In this document: positions 36,735 to 45,729 of the stretch, piece by piece | Numbering within the stretch: position 1 is the stretch's first letter | How the letters are laid out: each line of letters opens with the position of its first letter | Source: an uncultured Pseudomonadota bacterium | GTDB taxonomy: Bacteria > Pseudomonadota > Alphaproteobacteria > Rhizobiales > Xanthobacteraceae | Direction: 5' to 3' | Assembly: GCA_963773715.1 (NCBI GenBank) | Contig: CAVZCM010000001.1 | Span: forward strand, 201,676 to 265,675 | Length of the DNA stretch: 64,000 bases | Program-made: the position numbers and the translations under genes | The notes under the pieces: model-generated | What the model was told of the DNA's origin: nothing | Seen by the model: only the letters and a program-made list of their open reading frames with translations | The model's database searches: none

Positions 36735-37727
36735 ATGATGAAAGCGAGTCATGGAATTACCCGCCGGCACGCGCTGGCGGCCACCGGCGCCGGCCTCATG
36801 GCGGCGGGACTGGGCGTGCGTCCGTCATTTGCGGCGACGACCGTGCGTCAGGGCTACCAGACCAACATGTGGGGGATGCCGACCTACTACCTGCTGCATT
36901 CCGGCATCCTCAAGAAGCACGGCATCGCCGCCGAGGAATTCGCGGTGCCATCCGGAAACCTCACCATGCAGCAAATGGTGGCGCGCCAGGTGGACCTGGG
37001 CACCTTTGCCGGCCCGTCCTTCCTGATCGGTCATGACCGCGGCGGGCTGATCGCCGTCGCCATGATCGAATATGTCGGCAAGACAGCGCGGGTAATGGCG
37101 CGCAAGGAACTGGGGCTGAAGACGGTGGCCGACCTCAAGGGCAGGAAGATCGCCAACCAGACCGGCTCTTCGGTTGGCAACATACTGGTCGACCAGATCC
37201 TGCCGAAAGCCGGCCTGAAGAAGGGCGACTACACCGAAGTGCGCATGAACGTAAACGACATGGTGGCGGCAATGGCGGCCAAGACCGTCGACGCGATGGC
37301 TTGCGTCGAGCCTTATAACGCCATCGCGGAAGCGGAGGGCATCGCGAATACGCTGGTCGACTACTACGAGTTCGACAAGCTGCCGGTGTTCATGGCGGCG
37401 ACGCCCGAATTCGTCGACAAGAACGGCGATGCCATCGTGCCTTACCTGAAGGCCTGGCTGGAAGTCGCCAAGGATTTCAAGGACGACCCGAAGAAGGTCG
37501 CCGACGCGATATATGACTTCTACACCTCCAAGGGCTACAAGATGTCGAAGGAAACCTTTGGCAACGCACTCGGCCGCGTGGTGGTGAACCCGGGGTGGCC
37601 CGGCGATCTTGAGCCCTACATGCAGCATCATGTCGAGGTGCTGATGAAGGCAAAGAAGATCAAGAAGGCTCCGGATCTGGGCAAGGCCTTCAACAAGACA
37701 TTCATGAAGAAGGCGGAATCAGCCTGA
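36735..37727 (+). CDS. ABC substrate-binding protein (SsuA/TauA/NMT1-like) with Tat-like signal
   Basis: RBS GGGAGG; ITRRHALAATGAG signal; LKGRKIA; MACVEPY. Confidence 0.85.
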   Translation: MMKASHGITRRHALAATGAGLMAAGLGVRPSFAATTVRQGYQTNMWGMPTYYLLHSGILKKHGIAAEEFAVPSGNLTMQQMVARQVDLGTFAGPSFLIGHDRGGLIAVAMIEYVGKTARVMARKELGLKTVADLKGRKIANQTGSSVGNILVDQILPKAGLKKGDYTEVRMNVNDMVAAMAAKTVDAMACVEPYNAIAEAEGIANTLVDYYEFDKLPVFMAATPEFVDKNGDAIVPYLKAWLEVAKDFKDDPKKVADAIYDFYTSKGYKMSKETFGNALGRVVVNPGWPGDLEPYMQHHVEVLMKAKKIKKAPDLGKAFNKTFMKKAESA

Positions 37728-37843
37728 TCCACCCGACGACAGGGGCCATGCGAGCGATCCATGACGGGCGGTTTCGCCATCTCAAAGACAAGATCGTCCT
37801 GGCGCGCCGGTGATGACGGGGTAAGTCCTTTGCAGTAAAACCC

Positions 37844-37874
37844 GGGCCGGCGCGGGTCCCCGCGCCGGCCCTTT
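37844..37874 (+). terminator. GC hairpin (terminator or mRNA-stabilising stem) after the SBP gene
   Basis: GGGCCGGCGCGG-gtcc-CCGCGCCGGCCC followed by TTT. Confidence 0.5.
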
Positions 37875-37907
37875 CCGCGACCACATATCAAGCACCGGAG
37901 ACGCGAA

Positions 37908-39149
37908 ATGTCCGCCGCAAACAGCCCGCTGACCCAGAGCGGTGAACCCGTGACCTGGAATTTCAAGCTGCTCGCCCAGAACAATCTCGGCGGCTTCGGC
38001 GGCATGGGCGAAGGCATGTCGATCACCATAGCCAGGGACGGCCGCCGCATCATGTGGCTGGCGCACGAGAGCGCGCCGAAGAATTTCACCGGCGTCGACG
38101 TCTCCGATCCGCGCAATCCCAAGGTTGTGGTGCAGACCGACCTGCCGCAGGCGCACATGCGTTCGAACTCGCTGGAGTGCGCCGGCAATATCATGGCGGT
38201 CGCCTATCAGACGCAGAAGAAGGGACTGAAGCCGGCCGGCTTCGAACTGTTCGACGTCTCGGAACCGGAGAACCCGCGTTCGATCTCGTTCTTCGACTGC
38301 TCGGGCGACACCTCGCGCGGCGTGCACCAGCTCTGGTTCTGCGACGGCGAATACGTGCATATCGCCGCGGGCTCCCCCGACTTCGAGGCGACGCACCCGA
38401 ACGACGACCAGTTCTATCGCTGCATCGACGTGCGCGACCCTTCGAAGCCGAAGGAGATCGGCCGCTGGTGGCTATCCGGCACGCGCAAGGGGGACAACGT
38501 CGCGCCGCCGCCGCGCCATACGCTCGACAAGGGTTACCGCGCGCACAATTGCAACGTCTATCCGGAGCGGCCGGACCGGCTGTACCTCTGCTACCTCGAC
38601 GGCGGCATGTACGTGATGGACATCGCGGACAAGTCGCAGCCGAAGGTGATCTCGCACTGGACCAACTCGCCGCCCTATACCGGCTTCACCCACACCGCGG
38701 TGCCGCTGTTCGACCGCGGGCTGATCGTGGTGACGGAAGAGTTGACCGAAAACAACGCCAAGGACTGGCCCAAGCTGGTGTGGCTGCTCGACGCGCGCGA
38801 CGAACAACACCCGGTGTCGTTCGCAACACTGCCGATGCCCCCGGTCGACGCCTACAAGGACCGCGGCGGCCGCTTTGGCGCCCACAATATCCATGAGAAC
38901 CCGTCGGTGCCGACCGCCTACAAGTCGGACCAGATCATCTTTGGCACCTTCTTCAACGGCGGCCTGCGTGCCTTCGACATCTCGAACGCGTATCAGCCGA
39001 AAGAAGTGGCCGCGTTCGTGCCGCCGGCGCCGGCCGGCTCGCCAGCGGGCGCGATCCAGCTCAACGACGTATTCGTCGACGAGCGCGGCATCGTCTATAC
39101 CGTCGACCGTCTGACCGGCGGGCTGTACACGCTGGAGATGGATTTCTGA
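37908..39149 (+). CDS. LVIVD-repeat beta-propeller protein (no signal peptide)
   Basis: Repeated (V/I)D(V/I)(S/R/A)DPxxP units: VDVSDPRNP, FDVSEPENP, IDVRDPSKP, MDIADKSQP, FDISNAYQP. Confidence 0.85.
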   Translation: MSAANSPLTQSGEPVTWNFKLLAQNNLGGFGGMGEGMSITIARDGRRIMWLAHESAPKNFTGVDVSDPRNPKVVVQTDLPQAHMRSNSLECAGNIMAVAYQTQKKGLKPAGFELFDVSEPENPRSISFFDCSGDTSRGVHQLWFCDGEYVHIAAGSPDFEATHPNDDQFYRCIDVRDPSKPKEIGRWWLSGTRKGDNVAPPPRHTLDKGYRAHNCNVYPERPDRLYLCYLDGGMYVMDIADKSQPKVISHWTNSPPYTGFTHTAVPLFDRGLIVVTEELTENNAKDWPKLVWLLDARDEQHPVSFATLPMPPVDAYKDRGGRFGAHNIHENPSVPTAYKSDQIIFGTFFNGGLRAFDISNAYQPKEVAAFVPPAPAGSPAGAIQLNDVFVDERGIVYTVDRLTGGLYTLEMDF

Positions 39150-39151
39150 TT

Positions 39152-39316
39152 CCCTCTCCCCGCTTAGCGGGGAGAGGGTGCGCGAGCATCGCGCGCCAGC
39201 AAGATGCGAGCCGGTGAGGGGCTGGCTTTCGAGACGCTCGGATCGCGGAAAGCCCCCTCACCCGATTTCCTCGCTTTCGCTCGGAAATCGACCTCTCCCC
39301 GCACGCGGGGAGAGGT
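39152..39316. repeat. REP-like element (CCCTCTCCCC...GGGGAGAGGG terminal hairpin family)
   Basis: Terminal hairpins CCCTCTCCCCGC-tta-GCGGGGAGAGGG and CCTCTCCCCGC-ac-GCGGGGAGAGG; internal GGTGAGGGG/CCCCTCACC. Confidence 0.85.
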
Positions 39317-39318
39317 AA

Positions 39319-40362
39319 GTGAGCCTCATGGACCAGGTATTCCCTTCCAGGGCCGCCGGCCAATTCGGGCGCCGGCAGCGGCGCGCGCGTGGTGCACGCA
39401 CGCCGGTGACGGTTGTCACCGGCTTCCTCGGCGCCGGCAAGACCACGCTGGTGCGCCGCTTTCTGGAAACGCCGGAGGGCCAAGGGACCGCGGTGGTGGT
39501 CAACGAGTTCGGCGCCACCGGCATCGACGACGCGCTGGTGCGCGAAAGCGCCGACGAGACCGTGCTGCTCGGCAACGGTTGTCTTTGTTGCATCACCCGC
39601 ACCGATTTACAGGTCGCGCTGCGAAAGATGCTGATCGAGCGCGATCGCGGCGAGATTCCGAACTTCCGGCGGGTGGTGATCGAGACCAGCGGCATGGCGG
39701 ATCCCGGCCCCATCCTGCAGACCTTCGCAACCGACCGCGCGCTCGGCGAAGTGTTCCATCTCGAAGCGGTGCTGACGGTGGTGGATGCGGCGACCGGCGC
39801 CGACACGCTTTCCTGGTCGGCGGAGGCGCGCAAGCAGGCGATCCTGGCCGACCGGCTGATCGTCACCAAGGGCGACATCGCAGGTCCGGACGCCGCCAGG
39901 GCGCTGGCCGCGCAACTGCGCAAGCTCAACGCCGGCGCCGATATCCTCGAAGCGGTGAACGGCGAACTTGATCCGCACGCATTCCTCGAGCCGGGAAGCG
40001 AGGAGCGTAACGCCTTCGTGGCGGAAGCCGAGCACAGCGACGGCATCGCCAGCTTCATGCTGACCGAAAATCCTCCGATGCCGTGGCCGGTGTTCGCCCG
40101 CGTGATGGACGTGTTGACCACCATGCGCGGCAGCGACCTGTTGCGGGTGAAAGGCTTTCTCAACGTGGAGGGCTGTCAGGGCCCGGTGGTGGTACAGTTC
40201 GTGCAGCACCTTTCGCACCCGCCGGTCGAGCTTGAATCCTGGCCCGACAACAACCGGCAGAGCCGGGTGGTGTTCATCACCCGCAATATTTCCGAAGCGC
40301 AGGTGCGCACCCTGTTCGTGGCGATCCGCGGGTTGTTGCCGCCCGAACAGTCGCAGCTCTAA
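39319..40362 (+). CDS. CobW/COG0523 GTPase metallochaperone
   Basis: TGFLGAGKTT, VVNEFG, metal site GCLCC, IETSGMADP, TKGD, LRVKG. The true start may be further downstream. Confidence 0.9.
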   Translation: MSLMDQVFPSRAAGQFGRRQRRARGARTPVTVVTGFLGAGKTTLVRRFLETPEGQGTAVVVNEFGATGIDDALVRESADETVLLGNGCLCCITRTDLQVALRKMLIERDRGEIPNFRRVVIETSGMADPGPILQTFATDRALGEVFHLEAVLTVVDAATGADTLSWSAEARKQAILADRLIVTKGDIAGPDAARALAAQLRKLNAGADILEAVNGELDPHAFLEPGSEERNAFVAEAEHSDGIASFMLTENPPMPWPVFARVMDVLTTMRGSDLLRVKGFLNVEGCQGPVVVQFVQHLSHPPVELESWPDNNRQSRVVFITRNISEAQVRTLFVAIRGLLPPEQSQL

Positions 40363-41282
40363 TCCACCGCCAGCCGCTCGACGGTTTCACGCGCGGTGAC
40401 GATCACCGGCGGCACGGCTTCCTCGTGGTTGGGCGCCATGATGTGGCAGCCGGCGATGTTCCGGATGGCGGCAAGTTCCCCGATAACCTCGACACAGATG
40501 CGGCGGCCTTCAGCAGCGGGATCGGACGCCTGCTCCATGCGCGCGACAATGGCGTCGGGAATGATGGCGCCGTAAAGCTTGTCCCTGATCCAGCGCGCGG
40601 ACCGGGCCGAGCGCAGCGGCACGACGCCGATGATCATGAACAGCTTGTCGGCAAGGCCGTGCTCGGCGAGCCGCGCCATGTAACGACGCACGATGCCGGC
40701 GTCCATGCAGAACTGGGTCTGGATGAATTGCGCACCGGCGGCCAGCTTGGCCTGCAATCCTTTCGGCTCCCAGTCCGCCGGCGGATCGATCGGGTTGTCG
40801 GCGCCGCCGAGGAAGAACGGCGCCTTGCCCGGAACCTTGCGTCCCGACGGCAGTTCGCCCCTGTCGCGCAACAGCCGCGCAGTCTCCAGCAACTGGCGCG
40901 GATCGAGATCGAATACCGGCCTGGCGTCGGGCTGATCGCCGGCCGAGGGGTCGTCGCCGCGCAGCATCAGCAAGTTGCGCACACCGCTGGCCGCCGCCGC
41001 CATCAGGTCGCTCTGCAGGGCGATGCGATTGCGGTCACGGCAGGTGAACTGGAGAATCGGCTCGATGCCCTCGGCCGCCAGCATGGCCGCCGCGGTCACG
41101 GCGCCAAGGTGCGGGCGGGCGCCGGCGCCGTCGGTGATATTGACGGCATCGGCCAGACCTCTCAGCGGCAGCGCCTTGGCGAGCAGATCGCCGCGATCAA
41201 CGGATACCGGCGGCGTCACCTCGGCGGTGAGCACGAAACGGCCAGCCTGCAGTTTTTCCCGGAGCGTATTCTGGAGGATCAT
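40359..41282 (-). CDS. metF: Methylenetetrahydrofolate reductase-like flavoprotein
   Basis: TAEVTPP, VNITDG, FTCRDRNRIALQSDL, LMLRGD, AQFIQTQFCMD, GCHIMA. Confidence 0.8.
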   Translation of the reverse strand: MILQNTLREKLQAGRFVLTAEVTPPVSVDRGDLLAKALPLRGLADAVNITDGAGARPHLGAVTAAAMLAAEGIEPILQFTCRDRNRIALQSDLMAAAASGVRNLLMLRGDDPSAGDQPDARPVFDLDPRQLLETARLLRDRGELPSGRKVPGKAPFFLGGADNPIDPPADWEPKGLQAKLAAGAQFIQTQFCMDAGIVRRYMARLAEHGLADKLFMIIGVVPLRSARSARWIRDKLYGAIIPDAIVARMEQASDPAAEGRRICVEVIGELAAIRNIAGCHIMAPNHEEAVPPVIVTARETVERLAVD

Positions 41283-41349
41283 TCCGGATGAGGTCGCAAA
41301 ATCCGGTGGACCTGGCAAGCGCAAGAATGAGAATTGCGTTAGAGTTACC

Positions 41350-41455
41350 GTCATTCCGGGGCGCGGGCGAAAGCCCGCGAACCCGGTATGCAGAACCACG
41401 TGTTGGGATAGCATCTGGATTCCGGGCCCGGCGCTTCGCGCCGTCCCGGAATGAC
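41350..41455. repeat. REP-like element (GTCATTCCGGG...CTGGATTCCGGG...CCCGGAATGAC family)
   Basis: Terminal inverted repeat GTCATTCCGGG/CCCGGAATGAC with internal hairpins. Confidence 0.85.
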
Positions 41456-41469
41456 AGAGGAAGGGTATC

Positions 41470-42289
41470 ATGGCTCAATCGATGACAACGCTCGAGCAAG
41501 CATTGGCGTGTATCACCGACGGTTGCATGCTCGTCGTCCCGCGCGAGGTGTCCGGCGTGCCGATGGCGGCGACGCGGGCGCTGATCCGGCGCGGGGTGAA
41601 GGGCCTGCATCTGGTGGCGCTGCCGACTTCCAGCCTGCAGGCCGATCTCATGATCGGCGCCGGCTGCGTGGAGACGCTGGAAACCAGCGCCGTGAGCCTC
41701 GGCGAGTTCGGTCCGGCGCCGCGCTTTTCCGACGCGCATCCGCGCCGGCTCTTTCGTCATGAAGGACGCTACCTGCCCGGCCCTGCACGCCGCCTTGCAG
41801 GCGGCGGAAAAGGGCGTCCCGTTCATGCCGCTGCGCGGGCTGATCGGTTCCGATGTCCTGAAGTACCGCGACGACTGGAAGGTGATCGACAGCCCGTTCG
41901 GCAATTCCGATCCGATCGTGCTGCTGCCCGCGATCCGGCCGGACGTGGCGCTGTTCCACGCGCCGATGGCCGACCGGTTCAACAATGTCTGGATCGGCCG
42001 TCAGCATGAACTGGTGATGATGGCGCACGCCGCAGCGAAGACGGTCGTGACCGTGGAGAAGATCGTCGACAATGATCTGCTTGCCGATCCGGTGATGGCA
42101 GCAGGTACCCTGCCCGGCTTTTACGTGGAAGCCATCGCGGTCGCGGAACGCGGCTCATGGCCATTGCCGCTGCCGGACACCTATGGCGCCGATGCGGCGC
42201 ATCTGGCGGAATATGCGCGCATGGCCGCGACGCCTGAGGGCTTTGCCGGATACCTGGACAAATATGTGTATGAAAAACAGGTGGCGTGA
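41470..42289 (+). pseudogene. Family I CoA-transferase alpha subunit (glutaconate/3-oxoadipate type), split by a 1-bp insertion near 41737
   Basis: Frame 1 reads ...SLGEFGPAPRFSDA. The sequence GAC GCG C ATC CGC GCC GGC TCT TTC GTC ATG AAG restores IRAGSFVMKDATCPALHAALQAAEKGVPFMPLRG in the next frame. Confidence 0.8.
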
Positions 42290-42292
42290 TCT

Positions 42293-42433
42293 TTCTTATC
42301 CCTCCCCCGCTTGCGGGGGAGGGTGGTCGCCGAAGGCGACCGGGTGGGGGCCTTGCGTGAGTCAATGGATTGACCCCACCCGTCTCCGCACTTCGTGCGG
42401 AGCCACCCTCTCCTTTCCGGGGAGGGATAAGAA
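42293..42433. repeat. REP-like element (CCCTCCCC...GGGGAGGG family)
   Basis: 15-bp terminal inverted repeat TTCTTATCCCTCCCC/GGGGAGGGATAAGAA with internal hairpins. Confidence 0.85.
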
Positions 42434-43174
42434 GTGAATTTCCGCGACGAAGAACTGCTCGCCGACGTGATCACGCGATTGATCGGCGATGTGCGGCATG
42501 TCGCTGTCGGCAACGCCTCACCCATTCCGGCCACAGCGGCCCTTCTCGCGCGTGAGCGTGGCAACGGCCGGCCTTACGTCTCGCTGCTGGGCAGTCCGAA
42601 GAACACCTTCTGGACCGACGGCGCGCGCGAGTTGTTCGATTGTGCCGGGCAAGGCCGCATCGACGTGTTCTTCCTTTCCGGCGGGCAGATCGATGGCCAG
42701 GGTAACATCAACCTGGTCAGCATCGGTGACTACGAACATCCCAAGGTGCGCTTTCCCGGCTCGTTCGGCTCGGCCTATCTCTACTACGTGGTGCCGAAAG
42801 TCATCCTGTTCCGCACCGAACATTCGCGCCGCACGCTGGTGCCCAAGGTCGACTTTGTCAGCGCGCCCGGCATGAGCGACCCCAACGTCTACCGTCCGGG
42901 CGGACCGATTGCGTTAATCACCAACCGCTGCCTGTTCTCCTTCGCCGACGGACGTTTCACGCTCGAAAGCGTGCATCCCGGCCACACGCTCGAGGAAGTG
43001 ATCGAAAACACCGGCTTCGCGTTCTCGCATCCCGGGACAGTGCCGGAGACGCCGCCGCCCTCTCACGACACGCTGCGCCTCATGCGCGAGGTGGTGGCGC
43101 CGCAACTGGCGGAAGTCTATCCGCAATTCGCACGCCAGGTGTTCGGGGTCGGCAAATCCGCTTTCGCCCGCTGA
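42434..43174 (+). CDS. Family I CoA-transferase beta subunit
   Basis: GRIDVFFLSGGQIDGQGNIN, RFPGSFGSAYL, RTLVPKVDFVSAPG, LESVHPG. Confidence 0.85.
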   Translation: MNFRDEELLADVITRLIGDVRHVAVGNASPIPATAALLARERGNGRPYVSLLGSPKNTFWTDGARELFDCAGQGRIDVFFLSGGQIDGQGNINLVSIGDYEHPKVRFPGSFGSAYLYYVVPKVILFRTEHSRRTLVPKVDFVSAPGMSDPNVYRPGGPIALITNRCLFSFADGRFTLESVHPGHTLEEVIENTGFAFSHPGTVPETPPPSHDTLRLMREVVAPQLAEVYPQFARQVFGVGKSAFAR

Positions 43175-43277
43175 AAACCTGACGCCTCTTTTCCGTCCCC
43201 GCACACCTGGGCTAGGGTCCGGCCGCGCCGTCGGCCGGCGGCGCAGCCCAACAACAACAGCGAAAGGGAAACGTCCG

Positions 43278-44372
43278 GTGAAAACGGTTGAAGCGGCGGT
43301 AATCGGCGTCGGATGGGTCGGGGGCACGCGGGCGGAAACGCTGGCGCGAACCGCGCTGGTCGACAAATTACACCTGTGCGAGATCCGGCCAGACCGGCTG
43401 GCCGAAGTGAAGGAACTCTACAAGCCGGCCACCGCCACCGCCGACTATAACGACATCATCAACAACCCGAACATTTCGGTGGTCTATATCTCGACCACGC
43501 CGGAGACCAACCACTATCCGATCTGCCGCGACTGCCTGAAGGCCGGCAAGAACGTGATGCTGGAAAAGCCGATTGCGCTGGAACTGTGGGAGGCGGACGA
43601 ACTGATCCAGCTCGCCAGGCGCAGCAACCTGAAATTCACCATCGGCTATTCGCAACGTTTCAACACCAAGATTGCCTACGCCAAGAAGAAGATCACCGAC
43701 GGCACGCTCGGCAAGGTGGTCTCGGTGCTGGTGAGCCGGCATCTCTCGCGCTCGCTCGGTCAGAAGATCGCCGGCCGCGTGCGGCTGTCACCGGTCGTCA
43801 TGGAATCGACCCACGACCTTGATTTCGTATTCTGGCTGCTGGAGCCGGCCAAGCCCGTGCGCGTCTACAGCCAGGGCGCCTACGGCTACATGGAGCCGGT
43901 CAACGGCTCGCACGACATCATGTTCACCAACGTCACCATGGATGACGGCACCGCGGTGATGATCAGCGGCGGCTGGAACCTGCCGCCGAGCTATCCGAAC
44001 TACTGCGCCACCTGGATCGAGATCACCGGCACCGAGGGCTCGCTGTTCCTCGACGATACCCAGCGCGACAACTGGCTGAACACCATGAAAGACGGCCAGC
44101 AATTCCCGATGTCGACCATGCCGGGCGAGCAGGTCGGGGAGGTGTTCGCCGGCGGCATGGGACCGGAGACCATTCACTTCCTCGAAGCCTGCATCCGCGA
44201 CACCCCGGTGATGGTGACGCCGGAACAGGCGCGCGTGGTGATGGAAACCTACAGCGCGGCCGATCTGTCGGCCGACATCAACGAGCCGGTCGATCTGCCG
44301 CTCTCCAACCAGACGATCTCGCAGATCGCGGAATTCAAAGAGAAGCACAAGCAGGGGGCTAATCCGAAATGA
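43278..44372 (+). CDS. Gfo/Idh/MocA family oxidoreductase
   Basis: AVIGVGWVG, MLEKPIA, MESTHDLD. Confidence 0.88.
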   Translation: MKTVEAAVIGVGWVGGTRAETLARTALVDKLHLCEIRPDRLAEVKELYKPATATADYNDIINNPNISVVYISTTPETNHYPICRDCLKAGKNVMLEKPIALELWEADELIQLARRSNLKFTIGYSQRFNTKIAYAKKKITDGTLGKVVSVLVSRHLSRSLGQKIAGRVRLSPVVMESTHDLDFVFWLLEPAKPVRVYSQGAYGYMEPVNGSHDIMFTNVTMDDGTAVMISGGWNLPPSYPNYCATWIEITGTEGSLFLDDTQRDNWLNTMKDGQQFPMSTMPGEQVGEVFAGGMGPETIHFLEACIRDTPVMVTPEQARVVMETYSAADLSADINEPVDLPLSNQTISQIAEFKEKHKQGANPK

Positions 44373-45484
44373 AGAAGTCAGCAAAGGGCGTCGGGCTTGC
44401 CATCATCGGCGGCGGGCGCGTCGGCCTGTTCCGCGGCGAAGTGGCGAACCGCCATCCTGCGGTCGAATGGATAGGCCTCGCGGAGAAAAGCCCCAACCGC
44501 GCCGGCGAAGTGGCGCCCAGGATCGGCGCCGACTTCGTCACGCAGGACTACAACGAGCTCTTGAGGCGGCCGGAGGTGAACTGCTGCATCGTCGCTACCG
44601 ACGAGCACCTGCACGTCGGCCCGATCAAGGCGGCGGTCGAACGCGGCCTTCCGCTCCTGATCGAGAAGCCACTGGCGACCCGCCTCGCGGAATCCGCCGA
44701 AGTGCTGAAGATCATCCAGGACGCCAAAATCGACGCGGTGGTCGGCTACACCCAGCGCTTCCGCCGCCGCTGGCTGGCCGCCAAGGAGAAATGCCGCACC
44801 GGCGCGCTCGGCGAAGTCACGCTGGTGACCTCGCGCGCCTTCATGAACCGGCTGGTGGCGATCGACAACTACAAGCGCACCGACGATCCTTCCACCATCT
44901 CGCCGATGGTGATCTCCGGCACGCACGCCCTCGACATCTGCATGTGGTGCCTGGAAGGCAAGACGCCGGTCGAGGTCTATGCACGCTCGATCGACAAGGT
45001 GCTGGGCCCGCTCTACCAGGGCATCGACGCCACCGCCGGCATGATCACCTTCGACGACGGCACCGTCTATCACCTCAGCATGTCGTGGGCGATGCCGGTG
45101 ACCTGGCCGGCGGCGGTCTATTCACTCGCGGTCGGCATCTCCGGCACCACCGGCATCCTGACAATCGACGATACCCATAGCGACATTGTGCTGGCGGTGT
45201 CGAAGGGGCAGTCGGAGGGCTACAATCCCGATCCGTCGCGGCTCGTGGACTTCATGGGCAGCTATCCGCCCGGCGACATGGCGCTCGGCGAATTGCGCGG
45301 ACCGATGTCGCTGGAGACCCAGAGCTGGCTCGACCGCGTCTCGCTCGGCCTGCCGACACCGGCGGCGACAGTGGAGGAAGCCCACCGCAACCTGATGCTG
45401 ACCAAGGCGCTCGATCTGTCGGCCAAGCGCAAGAAGCCGGTGGCGTTGCCGCTCAGCCCTGACGACATGAAAGCAGCGGCGTAG
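44369..45484 (+). CDS. Gfo/Idh/MocA family oxidoreductase (second paralog)
   Basis: AIIGGGRVG, LIEKPLA, SGTHALD; ATGA overlap with the first paralog. Confidence 0.88.
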   Translation: MKKSAKGVGLAIIGGGRVGLFRGEVANRHPAVEWIGLAEKSPNRAGEVAPRIGADFVTQDYNELLRRPEVNCCIVATDEHLHVGPIKAAVERGLPLLIEKPLATRLAESAEVLKIIQDAKIDAVVGYTQRFRRRWLAAKEKCRTGALGEVTLVTSRAFMNRLVAIDNYKRTDDPSTISPMVISGTHALDICMWCLEGKTPVEVYARSIDKVLGPLYQGIDATAGMITFDDGTVYHLSMSWAMPVTWPAAVYSLAVGISGTTGILTIDDTHSDIVLAVSKGQSEGYNPDPSRLVDFMGSYPPGDMALGELRGPMSLETQSWLDRVSLGLPTPAATVEEAHRNLMLTKALDLSAKRKKPVALPLSPDDMKAAA

Positions 45485-45530
45485 GTCACGTCGCGCGGCG
45501 CGATTAGAGAACAGCGGCGCGACACCCACT

Positions 45531-45689
45531 CTTCCCTCTCCCCTTGTGGGAGAGGGTGCCCGAGCGGAGGCGAAGCCGAGCGAGGGCGGGTGAGGGGTTG
45601 GCGTTTACAGCTGACGCTGACCCCTCACCCGGCTCGCGCTCGCTATTGCTCCGCGCTCGCCACCCTCTCCCACAAGGGGAGAGGGGAAG
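45531..45689. repeat. REP-like element (CCCTCTCCCCTTGTGGGAGAGGG family) between convergent genes
   Basis: Near-perfect ~28-bp terminal inverted repeats; internal GGGTGAGGGG/CCCCTCACCC. Confidence 0.88.
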
Positions 45690-45729
45690 CGAGACCGCGG
45701 CATGTTCTGTTGTCAAATCGCGATGGCGT

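Noticed and set aside
37742-37826. Additional degenerate REP after the SBP gene
   Set aside because: Only partial GTCAT..CCGG resemblance with no convincing terminal hairpins, so it is not listed as a feature.
37908-39149. Periodic DPxxP repeats as a DNA repeat array or CRISPR
   Set aside because: They are protein-level propeller blades with degenerate DNA. No identical direct repeats with unique spacers were found anywhere in the window.
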